The translations under genes and the position numbers were made by a program. A model generated the notes under the pieces. The model saw only the letters and a list, made by a program, of their open reading frames with translations. It ran no database searches and was not told the DNA's origin. This document shows positions 13,001-26,662 of a stretch of 64,000 nucleotides of DNA, in pieces. The stretch is taken from contig CM120648.1 of assembly GCA_051362555.1 (NCBI GenBank), positions 6,134,587-6,198,586 of the forward strand, written 5' to 3'. Each line of letters starts with the position of its first letter. Within the stretch, counting starts at the first letter, position 1. Source of the stretch: Lingula anatina. Its lineage: Eukaryota; Animalia; Brachiopoda.

Positions 13001-14469
13001 ATGATTTGTTTTCACTGACTTCAAAAAAATTTTAGAATTTTAACAAAATTTAATTTCAAAATGTTCTTTTTAAGGATTACAATATAGCTGTTCTTACTTG
13101 CTTCACTGACTGGGGTGTGACTTTAATTTCTTCACAGTTTTACTTCAAAGAATAAAAATCATATTTCTTAAAATAACTGTAACGATAAATGAGATAAAAT
13201 TCCATTGACCTGTTTACTTATTTACTACCAGTGAAAATTAACCTTTGAATCAGCAATGCCCATGCAAAACTACTGTTCCATTCGGAGAATTCCTGCAGCA
13301 CTTGCCAATACCCAATCCGATGCAGCAACCTAGTCACATGTTATATTAGTCATAATTTGATAAAATTAGGCATGCATTAATCACCATCTGCAACCAGTGA
13401 TGCGAGCACTTATCTCCCTTGGTCCTCTAGGGTCAGCTACTTTCTAGCTTCCAAACAATTTTTTTCTACCTTCAATTCCTGTCCATATCACATAGTTATG
13501 AGAACATAACCCTAGCAGCATATGAAAAACCACCAATGCAAAACAACAAAAACAGTTGGTCAGATTCTAAGCAATGTTTTTTGTTCTTGGCTTTCATCCA
13601 ATGCGCTGGATGACAACAAAGGGGGAGACTGGCAGCCAATGCCAATGTGAAATCAAATGCTGTTGGTCAGAAAACACTGTTTGCTTACCTGTGTTATTTT
13701 TTTTTCAAAAACCCTGGTTCTGTTTGGTTGAGCCTAAAAAGGGTAGGCATCCAAGAGTGAGTGACTGACGCAGGTAAACATATGGGATTGGATGGGGTCA
13801 GTCCAGCCCACTTTTTTGCCCTTGGTTTATGCTCCAATGGGAGTAATGAATGGGTGATGCCAGGAGCTGAAATGTTTACGAGGGGCGACCACACGTGAAC
13901 GAGTTCTTCGTCGTGCGGAGGATGCCAGGGAATCATTCTTGTTGCAGTGATTTGCTAAGGCTACAGCTTCCAGGCCTCTTACACAGCAAAACTGACGATG
14001 ATGAGAAATGATGAATGTTTTTCTAACTGCTTATTCAAAACACTGAAGCTAAACAAAAATAGATGATGATGAGAGATGAAGAAAAATATTCTGTCTTTGC
14101 CTCTAGATCACTCTAGGCTTAGAAAAAAAAAACAAATGTGATAATCTGAAATGATGGAAGTTTTCTCTTTTTCTTATTACTTCAGGTGAGTTAACAATCA
14201 CAAGGAGCTGTAAGTTGATTGGACCTGGGCATATTCAATATACGACCTACAACCTTCGACCTTCTACGGCACCGCTCCTCGGCAGTCACCTTTGATCAAC
14301 GGTGCAAGTACGCTTGGCTAATATTGATGCCAGGGGAAATTGCATACGACTGAATGCACGGATATTTAGTATGGGTGACCGCGCCTGCTGCATCCACAGC
14401 GCTGCATGAATAAGACACATTGTTCCTTCGTACTGAGCCGTGGGTAGGGCCACTCGCAGTGCAGAGAAG

Positions 14470-15073
14470 ATGGCAGATAACGCCGCTGTAGTGGCGTCGA
14501 GGATAAAGGATGAGACGGATGATTCTGCTTATGGGGAGAGGCCGAGTTCAGAGAAAAATTCATCTAGTGTGACAGATCATAATGGCGGAGTGGAGCAGTG
14601 CGATAGTACTTCTAGTTCGCTGAGCACGCATTCAAAATCTGCGTCAGCGGAGGTTAAGGGATTAGATGCAGCGCAGATGGCGGAGCAGTCAAACATTCCG
14701 CCATCAAAGGCTGGAGCGGCTGCGAGTTTTCTCTACGGTATGATGCCGTACCACGCTAACCAGTCAGCAACGAATATGATCAACCCGATGTTGGTGATTC
14801 CCCAGCCGTACATGCTGTCAGGAAGAATGCCTTTTCCTGAAATGCGCGAAGACGGATCGAAAGCGTTGGACCTGTCACGAAACTCACGCCCAACAAGTAG
14901 GGAAAGCAGCGAAGCTACCATGGAGATCCCTTACCCTGCGGAAGAGCGAAGGAAGTGGCAGCAAATGCGCGATCGCAGCTCTTCCAGCGAGATGCAGGAC
15001 AACGCGGTGCTCATAGAGTCAGATGATGACATGAGTCAGGATGACCCATTACGGAAAAGATCTCGTCATTCAG
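14470..15073 (+). CDS. Pax-beta: Pax (Pax-beta-like) coding exon 1: long N-terminal extension
   Basis: ATG at 14470 (MADNAAVVAS...) with in-frame stops upstream. Ends in ...LRKRSRHS G|gtagg (phase 1), matching the phase-1 acceptor at 33059. Contains an ALDLS (PxDLS-like) motif. The exon acceptor is at 14185. The join to the paired box is inferred from phase only. Confidence 0.75.
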
Positions 15074-18000
15074 GTAGGCTTATTTATCTCTGTCTGATGA
15101 TGTTATCTTGTCATACTAAATACCATCACGTAACACTCTCAATACAACTACACACGATTTTTCATTCAGGCCAAATTTGTTTTAAATGCTTTTTATCAGC
15201 TCTTTGATTGAACGCCATTTTGCAAGCCACAAATATTTACCCTCTGTTTTAATGTTGAGATATTATACTTGTTTAAAAAAGGGCTTAGTCTTAAGAGATT
15301 GACTGTGAAAAATCTCCTTTTTATTTATGTTTAAAATATTGTATAAACAGACCTTTTAGATATTAAGTTTGTTTGTGTTCATTTCCAGTTTAAAAAAAGG
15401 AAAAAGTCAACTTGGAAATTAGAAACAAAAAAATGCAGCTTTTTCTTTGATTTATGTGATCAATTTCTAAAAATAGTATAGAAATTTAACAGAACAGTAA
15501 GGGTATGTTTCAGGTACAGAAACAGTAACTCTTTCAAAAAATGTAAATTGAGCCAAGTTTATACCAAAGTACAGTCTCTGTTTCTTTGTCCTTGGGTTAA
15601 AACATATAGACAGAGCACTTTTTTATGAATTCATAGATAGTATAAGGAAAAAACAAGGTTTGCATTGTTGAATTGATTGATTCTGAAATGAATCTCGCAT
15701 TGCCTTACGCAATTTTCACTTCTCAGCGGAAAAGATAACATTATAGCGGGAAGATTAGGATTAAATGGGCTTTAAAAAGTTATGTCAATACACAGATTTA
15801 ACATTAGATAACCCAGGATTATAAAAAAACAGCATTCCTTTTTTACTGTGGTTTTTGTGTCGGCCTTAAGAAGGCAGTCAGATTGTATTCATCTGGCATC
15901 TTTTGAGATATAATCTAAGGCGCTTATCCGAGCTCCTGTCCTATAGTTCTTTTTTTTTCTCATGAAATTTCACCAGATAATGTTTATGGGTCAATTTTTA
16001 TCCCTCTTAAATTTTCAATTGACTGCATTAACTCTGTGCATTTTTCACAAATTACCAAGCAACCATTTAAAAACAGCGGCAGCCATTTTGAACCCACAGC
16101 TCCATGGGAAATTTATGGCAAGTTAACGCCCTAGAAGACCGCTCTTGCCGTTCCTGGGGCTATAGCATGTGACCTCTTCCTTCGCAAACAACTCGTCCTT
16201 TCTTCCAAATAGGTTAGCGTTATGCACACCTGGGTCTCATGTATTGACATGTCCATAGTCAGCTTAGCTCGGCTCGACCTTGCGTGCAGACTTCAAATGT
16301 GCTTGCCTTTCATTCGTCCAAGTGGCGCCATTTTTTTTCACGCCCTTATGATTTTAAGTGATTTAAATAAATGGATTCCACATGTTTTCGCCCCCGTGTG
16401 CTGACATTTCACATGCATGCATGCTTAACATACCGCGATGATTCGAGATTTTGAGGTGAAATGCATTTTTTAAGTAAGTTTTTTTTATGGACTTTTGATA
16501 GACTGTGCATCTTAATAACATATACGTTTTCGCATTTTTGCATGATGCACTTTTGTTGCTTCGTGGTTTGATTTTTTATTACTACATCAAGTTTTTAACA
16601 GATTTCCCCTAAAACTGATTTTCGCCCTAAGCTGGATTAAATGTTTTATGGTATCGATTATTATATGTGTACGATTGCAATTTTTTATTATCTTGGGTGA
16701 GCTGAGAGAAGCGAGAGCTGAGTCTTGTGGTTATTTTTCTGCACTTATTAAGTCTAGACAGGCAAGATGGTATTACGATAATGATGTATTACACAACAAA
16801 ATGGATTTTTTTAAATTTAGCTTTAAGCTTTCAAATTATGAGTTTGAAAATAGAGAAGATTTATTTAAATTAGGGTAATCTAATGTGTACTTTTGAGTAA
16901 CAGATGTGGATTTCAGGTGTTGAAAGTCCAGTCCTATCCTCGCTTGTGGGTTGTTTGTTAAAAGAAAAAAAATTGATCGCTGTGTGTCGCATTACGATAA
17001 CTGCAGGAAAGAAAGCTCAATTGTTATGCGGAGCATCTGCGCTTTACCATACAGTGCCTTAGGTTTGACCTTTAGGAGTTGTTCATGCAATCGTCGCGTG
17101 ATCAGTAGGCGCGCAATGTCGCGCCTGCGCAATTTTAATGCTTGAAGTAATGCGGCTGTATATGGAAGTGTATTTGTGCTTTCTTTTTTTCAGTTGGTCA
17201 AAAGTTTATCTTTCTTATTTGAAATTTATTTCAGAATGAGACTTTGATGCGAAATGAGCTTTTTGCAGTCATATCGCACGTTTAGACGAAATATCTGAAA
17301 TCCTTCGTTTTTTGTTAATATTCACGATGGTTCTGTGAATCGATTGCAGTGACATTGAAATTTTTTAATGTGATTTTTTCCACAAACAGTTATATTTTTG
17401 AAAGGGTACTGAACATCCCAATTTTTAGTTACATTTTATGATAGTGGGTGTTTTTTCTTTTTTTCAGTAAAACGTGAGAAATATAGTTTTACGTAATAGC
17501 ATGCATTTTGTATATTCGATATGTTTGTTCGTTTGAAAAGGCACGAGGTAATAACAGATTGATTGCTGTCATTTATTTTCAAAAAAAAAAAAACCAGCAC
17601 TGAAATTTGAGATTTAGCATTCTGTGAATTTCAGTCGTCTTTTTCCCTGAACTTGTCATTTAATTGTTCTGTAAGTTCCGTCTTTTGTCATTTTGTAAAT
17701 TTAGAATTCTAAAAAGGCACAGATTATATACAGTCGTGTATTTAGAAGAAAGTGAGCATGAAATATGAACATAAGTATCCTGTTAATTTCATTTTGCTTT
17801 ATTTTCCCCATCAATAAGTCACTTAAATGATTACGTCTTCCTTTTTCATTTAGAATAATACATATATGATACCTCTTCTTTTCTACACAAAGATTGCTAT
17901 TCGTATGTCAGCCAAACTTTTTGTCCTTTTTCTTTTTTCTTGACGTATTTTCTTCTGATCTCCCTCCACATTCTTCTAACCAAATAAAATGAAAATCTTG

Positions 18001-21000
18001 CACATATCAAAAAGATATCCTTGGCCATTTTGACAAATCCAAGATGGCTGACATTGTGGGATATAGCAGTAGGTATGGCTATATATAGTTATACATGTAC
18101 CCTTTTACTCAATAAAACTATACTTTAGCTTATGCCATTCTTTGAGCAAAACCAAGCTTGATAAAACCCTGTGTTAGTGTTAAATGTTCAGAGTCACAAA
18201 TATAAAGCTTATCTGGCCCTTACTCAGCTTAGTATAGACATCAGTCTGAATAGTTTTCTCATCTTTGTGATTTTTTTTTATTAAAACATTTATATATTTT
18301 TTATCACTCTGAGTAAGATTCTTTGTCAGTGTAATAAAAGTATAAAATGTATTTAAAAAAAAAAGAAATTGTTTTGGCAAAAAAAAAAAAAAGAAAAGAT
18401 GTTAACAAGGTGATATGTTGTGGGTTTAAACTTACAACAAATGGCATATTTATGATAAGCGGTTTTTCAAAAATGCCTCCCAACGTAAAATGGAGCATCT
18501 GCCAGGGTTGATTGTTTATTCCCACCAAGATAATTTTATTTGCATGTGTATTTAAATTTACTTTAAATAATTAAATGAATGAAATATTAATTCATTTTAA
18601 ATAATTTACAAACTAGAAAACAATGGGTGATTATTTTAAAGGCTGTTTATTTATATGTTGGTAGGATGTTTAAAAAGTGTAAGGATAATTAGAAATTGAA
18701 TAAAATTTGATAAAAAATTTAAAAAAAAAACATATATACCTGAAATCGAAATTGTTTTAATGAATTCATTTATATATGTAGAAAATGTACATATGTTTCC
18801 TCATGAATAGTAATTAGGCATTAGATCTTCTGACATAGGTAGTAATTAGCTGCAACTTTTTAATTATTTTGTTCACTGCTGTTTATTCAAAATATGGTGC
18901 TTATAAATTGATAAGAAATGTTTTTAGTGAAAAAAATTAATTGTAACTTAGAAAGTAAATTTTAAATTCTGAAAATGTAATAATGGCAGAATTTAAAAAA
19001 GGAGTGAAAATAAATTAATAAAGGGATTATAAAATGTCCATTACAAGGAAACATTATTTTAAATGTTATTTCTATAACATCAACTGCAGGTGTCTTAATG
19101 ATGCTTAATTTATTTCAAACTAAGAAAGATTTCGCTATAAAAGATCTGAAATAAGACACGTGAAATTAGAATGAGTGCTTCAGAGTCCCCTTATTATTGT
19201 TTTAAATTTTTTTAAAATTGAAATTATCACCTCTGATTAAAGATAGTTATTATGTCTAACCTTCTCTCAGAATGTATAATTATAAATAATTTAGGCCAAA
19301 TAATTAAATAAAATAAATAAAGTTTGGTCATGAAAAATTTTAATGCTTAATGATTGTCATTGTTTTCCTCTTTAAAGAAATACATTCTATAATATTTTAT
19401 TTTATTTGCTTAGGATGTTTTTTATATCATTAGATAAAAAAAAAACTCCTACAAAATGAAATAATTGCATTAAAATTATTTATGACTCAGTGTAATGTTT
19501 TTAAAGTTGATATTGTGTTGGTCAGAAAACAACTTGGGCGAGGTCAAGTTTTCGGACAGTTCAAAGGGCCCCGTTCAAATCTGTGCTTTATCTGAAACTG
19601 AGAGGTTCTTGCACCTGCCGTATTCTTGTGATTTTATTTTATTTGCAAGGTCAAGCTACGACATACTTTGTTAGAAAGTAAACTCTGTGTGAAAAACACA
19701 CAATTAAACGATAACAATAATATTTTTCTAGATCAACAACATTTCTTTCACACTGCCATGTGACTAGTGGGCGTTCAAATAAAACTCACCTGTAAGTTTT
19801 ATTTAAACCAAATTTTTCTGAAAGCAGTAACAAAATTAGGAAAGTACTTTAACAATGTTTGGTTTTGATTTTTTTTTTCTTTCAATCTTCTTTTCTTTGA
19901 ATCAGTGTTAAGCATTTTCCAGAAGCAAATATGTTTTCAGTATACAATGACCACAAGGAAGACCTAAACACATATTCAGTTTAAATCAAATTGATATTAA
20001 ACTGTACCAGTCAAAGATTAATTCTCCAAAACAAAATCAATTTTGTTTTTAAAGAGGTGATCTTAGTTAAAATAACATGTATTAAAGCGTTACTTATTTT
20101 TTGATTTTGTAAAGTTAGAGGAAATATTTATTGATTGCTAATATGGGTATTATAGTAAGGGAAAGACAAAATGAAAGAATCATACAGTATTAGAATGGTT
20201 TTTATTGCATATATATATATATATATAAAGTTTAATCATATATATACATCAACAGCTTCTCAAATAAATTTTGAGTTTATTCACATCCAACTTGCAGAGG
20301 ATATATAACCAAGTTTCTTTTTGCGAAAACTGGAGGTATTTTTCATATCTGATGTTTATGGATTAACGTGGAATTCTTCTGGGCAAGGAGGTCACAACGC
20401 ATGCGTCTTGATGTCAGCTCGGTTGCATTGCGGTTTGAGAAATAATAAAAAAACTGCACCGACTTGATCAGTCACTCGGTTCATCTGCCATGCCATTCTG
20501 CTTCGAGCACCCAGTATCTTTTATTTCTTGATTTAATACCAAACTAACTCGGTACCAGAGGGGAAAATTTCAGCCAGCCGTATAAAATAAGATAAGGATC
20601 AGGGAAAAATTGCTTTTTTCACTTTTTACGCTCTATTGACATCAATTTCAAATTATAATTACATCCTTTGAGGTGACTACTTTATTCCTCATTAGTTGTA
20701 TCCTTATTTTTTCTTTAAATTTCAACACCTTACTTCAGTAAAATTTATTATGAATAGAAAAAAAACTTTTAAACTTTTCGTACACTATTAACTTTGATCC
20801 TTAGCGTAATCTGAAGTCTCAAATCTGGGAAGTAATATTATTAGATATGTAGTATAAAGAACTTAAAGGAAAGAGCTAGCAGTGAAAGTATTTTATTTTT
20901 GTTAAGATTGAACCTTTTAGGAGGGGTGTTTTGCATTTGGCCATTATTTTCTTGGTAAATGATTATATGAAAATGTAAGAGCTAGGGAAAATATAAATTG

Positions 21001-24000
21001 TGGACAATTTGTTGCTTTTATTGATTTGCCCTAAATTGCAATGTGTAATGTTTGCCAGATAAAAAAGTATTGTTTTACAGTGTTAAAAGGCACCAGCAAC
21101 GTGATAGTAATTTAATTAGAAATCTACAAACTGTACATTTCTTCCTTGTTCTTAGTTTTAACATAAAACTGCTCCTTTGCACTGCATCGAAAATAGGAAT
21201 AAATAAGATTTTGGCTTCTTATCACAAAATTTTGAAGCAAGAGATATTAATGAGAAGCAAATGTTGATCACTTAAGATGAAGAATTTCATTTGAAAGTGA
21301 ATATATTTATTCCTTTTTCTAAACCTTTCTAAATTGCAAGTATAGCATTTTACTCCTGACTTTTTCAAACCTGAAAACGTGTTTCAAGTTTAACTTCAGT
21401 CCTCTTATCAATAAAATAAATCAGTGTATTATGACTTATCCTTTAAAATTTGTCAGTTGTAACATTAAGGTCAATTGACTTAATTTCCCACTATTAAACC
21501 ATTATTGTCATACCCATTTTGGATGCTTGTCAAATGCTTACAATATGATAACCAAATAACTACTGTAAACAGTCCAAGTTGCTCCATTGAAGTAACAGGT
21601 GTTGGTTGACTTTCTTGAGTATCAGAGTTGCAGTTTCTTTCTCAGTTTTCATAAGTACAACCATGTGACGCTGCAGAGATTGCATCTTTTGGAAACTTTT
21701 GTTCAAGCAGAGATAGACCTCACTGTCAAAGTCGGAAGCTTATGAGCATTAAATCCTTCAATTAAATTTCCCTCAAGCTTTCCAAATGGCTCTGCTCAAA
21801 TGCTCTCTTTTTCAAGAATCTGTATGTAAGTGCGAGAGGAAATTTTTATTGTTTTATCAGTAGTTTTTCTCTCAACATCTATATGATTGTCATAAAATGG
21901 GACAACCTCTGAATATCTCATCGTGCTAAACACCATCAAGCTAAAGAACTTCTGCAGGTCCATTAAAACTGTTATCAGAAATCCTTCCTAAGGATTCCAA
22001 GTTGTTTTCCTCAGTAATTTCCATTTTACAAGAAACTCTTTACAAGAGAGACAATAAACAAGGAAAGAAGAAATGATCCACGTTTTTATCAGTCCAAGAT
22101 GCAGCACTAGGTTTGCCCCGAATTGATGACCATATTTTGACGTTAATCTCCGGTATTTGCGGCTCGCATGGCCCTGTTGGGAGTCCCAACTGCCAGCAAG
22201 ATCATGTAACTTGAGATCAGACCCTGGTATACCAGTATTTAACAAGTGATGATCCCCTGGGGGCCATTGTACTGACTGATCTCTCTGTTTTTCTCTTCAT
22301 GGACGTTCGTCTAAGTCCTCGTCCTTGCGGCACCAAAATTTACACCCTGTGTATAATAAGCTTCATAATCAAACAAAAAAAGAAAGAAAGAAAAGAAAAT
22401 TGGTAATGCAACTCTCATTTTGGTTTTTTATAATAAATGTCCAGAGCTGTTATTTTTTGTTTAGTTAAACTTAATGATCCCAATGGATTTTAATCTGGCT
22501 TGTCTTTTGCCCCAAGATTTTCACCCTGAAAATGCTCAGTTACTCCTACATACTTTAAAGAAAGGCTAAATGCCAGATAAGGGTATGAAGTACATTTCCA
22601 CATACATGTAGCTGACCGGCATTCTTGGTTTAGTCACGATGATAACAGATTAATAAAAGGAGGAATTTTTGTACATTTTCTCTCCCCTTTTCCTTCTTGG
22701 TTTCGGCCAATGCGACTCAGAACACTGTATCCTGTAAGTGCTGTTTTTGGTATTTTGATAGTGAACAAGTCAGTTAGTATAATTATTGTTCCTACTCCAT
22801 TGCCAGTGTTTCTTAGAACACTGAGATTATAACAAATTATTTTTAAAAGAGTATAGAGAATGGTTGCTTGTTTTGGTAGGCTCTTTATTGTCAAAAAAGT
22901 GGAAATTTTGAAAGCTTCAGTCCATAAAATCTGCTAAAGGCCCGCTTTTCAATGGGGACAGTTAGCTGTATGAGTTAGCCATAAGATTTAGTTCAATTGC
23001 CCTTTATGTTTTATCCTAAAAATAATTTTTGTTAATAGTTCCAGAAACCAGTGAGAATTATCATATAAGATTCCCCAATCACCAAAACTTCCTAGAAAAT
23101 ATGAGAAACTTCAATTTTCAGTATTGGCTTTGCCAAGAATTATTTGCTTCCTTTCATTAGAGTTGATCAAATGTTCAAACAATATTTAGGGAGTTCTCAG
23201 TAGTATGTTATATCATTGTTAATAAGATTACAATCAAAATTTGTGGTTAACTTATAATTTAGAAAGCTTGATTGCACTGAAAAAAGACTTAGCTACAGTG
23301 ATTATGATTTCTGAAATCATACGATCGAAATTAGAAATGATGACTTTCAAATTGTTGTTGTTGTTAAATAAGTTACAAATTCTTCTCAATTTTTGCCTTT
23401 TTTATGACGGAATGTTTATAAAATGGAAAAGAAAAAATGAACAATTACTTGTTTTCAGTGTAAGAATATTTTTAACTGGTATGAAACTACAGAATGCTAA
23501 GTTTGCTGTATGTGCTGATATTTTATTATTTACAGATATTTGTTATTTACAGAATTATTGAACAGGCATACTAAATAATTTTAAGGTTTCTAAGACAACA
23601 ACATCAGTCCTGTTCGAGCACAAGAATGATTTAAGTGCTTATTATAAAGAGGAAAAATTCATTTCTGTTGCCATCAACTGTTAAACTCAAAAAGATCACT
23701 GAAGCTTGTGCTCTTCGAGGCTGGCATTAATGAACAGCGATGAAATAAAATCACTGAAATCTAACTATGAAACAATCCAAATGGAAAAAATTATTTCCAC
23801 TAATTTTTCCTTCCTGTGGTACACGAGAATGTAAATCTGATATAAAAAGAATTGATGTTCATAAATGGTATTGTCTCCAACTTATGGAAGAATAAACAAG
23901 GGAAAATGAGACTTTTGATGAGAGCATCGTTCTTTACAAATTACTGCACACATCTCATATTTTTTACGTGATGTGTCGCCAGAAAATCCTTTTCTTTCGT

Positions 24001-26597
24001 AATTTTCATTTGATGACTGTTAATATTAAAAAAAAAAAACAAGTTTGTGGTCTTGTGGGATGGTAAAGGTATTTGATACACAATGTTACCTTAGAGGAAA
24101 TTTGATTTTTATAACTATATCTGAAAGGCATAGAAAATAGAGAGGCGAGAGGAAAATTTTCATCATGAAAAAAATATTGAAGCATCTCATAAAAGAGGGG
24201 CCCACACGGAATTTTGTGGTATAGTATCTGAAAATTGAGTTAAGATTGATAATGATTTTGTGGTCTTTGGGTCAGTAATAAAAAAATATAAGAGACATTT
24301 TGCAGAAAAGCGTAATTTTTTTTTTTTTACTAATTTGTAAGTAATGAAATTCTGTAGTTTTATGTTCAACAAGAAGAAAAGGTAGTCCCAGCATGATTTT
24401 TTTGCTAAGTAAAATTTCTTTCAAAATAAATTATTATCATGGTGACTGAATTGATCTGGCTGAAATGCACTTGTTCATGATTTGATTTTTGTGTGGTAAA
24501 GAAGTATAACTGGTTAGATTTACTGGCAAACAGCAGTGCTTAAAGGTTTCTGTAAATTTACAGAAGTTAACTTAATGTTGAAGTTTAAAAATCCATGTGT
24601 TATCTTTTGCAATAGGTCACTTTTATTTTCAATTTTTCTTTTCATTTTTTTTTTTTTTTTGAAATAATTTAGAAGTTGAAGTTTTTAAATGCGTGTTTCT
24701 GTGACTTTCAAGGCATTAAACTCTTTTTGATGTTATAAATTTAACTCATTGACAGTGCAATTTAAATTTAGATTTTAATTTTTTAAGCAAAGGTTTTTGA
24801 GCCTTACTTATTGGTGTTAGTGCTCTTTTGTATTATTTCCTGGAGTGCTTGTTTTGAGGTGTTCATTGAGAAAAAAATCAATGAAAATCTATGAAGCAAT
24901 TTTCACTCATAAAAAAGCATAATTAGCTGCCTTTCCCTTGCATAACATCATATTAAATCAAGGCCATGGATTCACCCGGGAATTACATGAATGGTTCCTT
25001 GGCAATATTTAATCTCTCCATTCTGATTTCCGGAGAATTTTCCCAAGAAAGAAATAAAGTAAATTAGCTTTATTTGTTATGAGTTTTTTATACATACAAT
25101 CGTGATCAATCCCTTTTCCCTGTGATGAAAAAAATGCAGTGTTCAAACAAGATTGCCATCTTTAGCAATCTGTCTATTGAACTTGTGTACACTGTAAGCT
25201 TGTAAAGTTAATAATAGCAAGGGAGAGATCTCTCGTCACATGGGCAGAAAAAGGAAGTGGAAAATTTATCCAATAAGTAGTTGGGCAAACTCTAGTTTAT
25301 TTGATTTCTAGGGAAGAATATATTTTTTACAGTAATGTTTACTTAGAAACCAAGAGTTAAAGAAATGGCTAGGATGAGAATTTCTCTCCATTTGGAATTA
25401 TTCTGCTCTTTGGGATCGAAAACAAAATATCTGATTTATCTGTTTTTTTGCAAGAAATATATAAAGAAAATAAAAAACATGGATTTCAGCAGAGATTTCA
25501 AAAGGGAAATGCCCCTTTATAATCATTCACTGTTCCCAATTCTAATAAGGGGGTGTCCTTATGAAAGTTACCCCAAAATTTGAGATCTTCAATCTGTGTA
25601 ATTTTGTTAGTAAGAGCTTGATATAAAGTAGTATTCAGCTGGCATAAACATGTACAAAAGCTGAAAAATTATTTCATTTTCAGTTATTATTATTATTATT
25701 TATTATATGTAGAGAAAGTGTTTTAGAAAAGAAAATTATTCCCACAATTATTTTATGTAATGAATAAAAGGTTTATTTTTCCAGTTTTTAAAGCAGTATC
25801 TCTTAATGCTGAATTAATTGTAAGCTAGAGAGTTTTCCTGTAGAAATATTTTGTGCTTTTGTTTAAATATGTTAAAACTTTAGATGGAGATTTTTTCCAA
25901 ACTTATGTGTTCACAATTAGGAAAATATCAAATTCTAATGTTTAAATTACTTTCTAAAAATCAAATTTTCACTATTATCATTTGTGAAAAACCTGTTTTT
26001 TTCAAATAATGTGAAATTATCAGAATCTAATTTAACATTTATTTAATAATTATTTATTTGTCCGAAAGTATTTTTACTTCCATCAACTTTGTTATGAAGT
26101 TCTAGTAAAATCAAAATAAATGTTGAGACATTACAAATCATATTAAAAAACCAAAAATTTAATTCACATTTTTATCCCAAGCCAAAAAAAAATTGGTAGG
26201 TGTCACCAAGTGAGATTGGAAAGTCTGTTTCCCACAGCTTTAAAACCTTCAAGTTGACACAAAAACAATTACTGGTTTTTCCGCTGGTTGAGTGCCTGCC
26301 ATCATTGTAGTTACACGACCATGTTCTTTATAGTGAAACAATAATTGATTTTCAAAGTCAGTAATCACAGGAGGATTTCTTTATTAAAGGGATGCTACAT
26401 TTTTACAGTGTTTCTGGCATGATTTTTTTTTCAGTCATTGAATGCAGAAAAATTGGCTGACAGAGGAATGGTCGTTTTTTGTCTTTATAATTAAAATTAT
26501 CAACATCAGTAAGTCCAGATGGAGTAATTAATGGGGTGAATTTTTTGGCCTGTAATCATCCATCCTGAACTGAACATTGCAGTTATGGATTCCCTGC

Positions 26598-26599
<2 letters not shown>

Positions 26600-26660
<61 letters not shown>
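26600..26660. repeat. (AT)n microsatellite
   Basis: About 30 AT units. Confidence 0.95.

Positions 26661-26662
<2 letters not shown>

Noticed and set aside
15074-15207. C-terminal part of ORF 14440..15207 (RLIYLCLMM...)
   Set aside because: Composition switches after the cag|gtagg donor, so this is intron read-through. The GTG start at 14440 is also unlikely.
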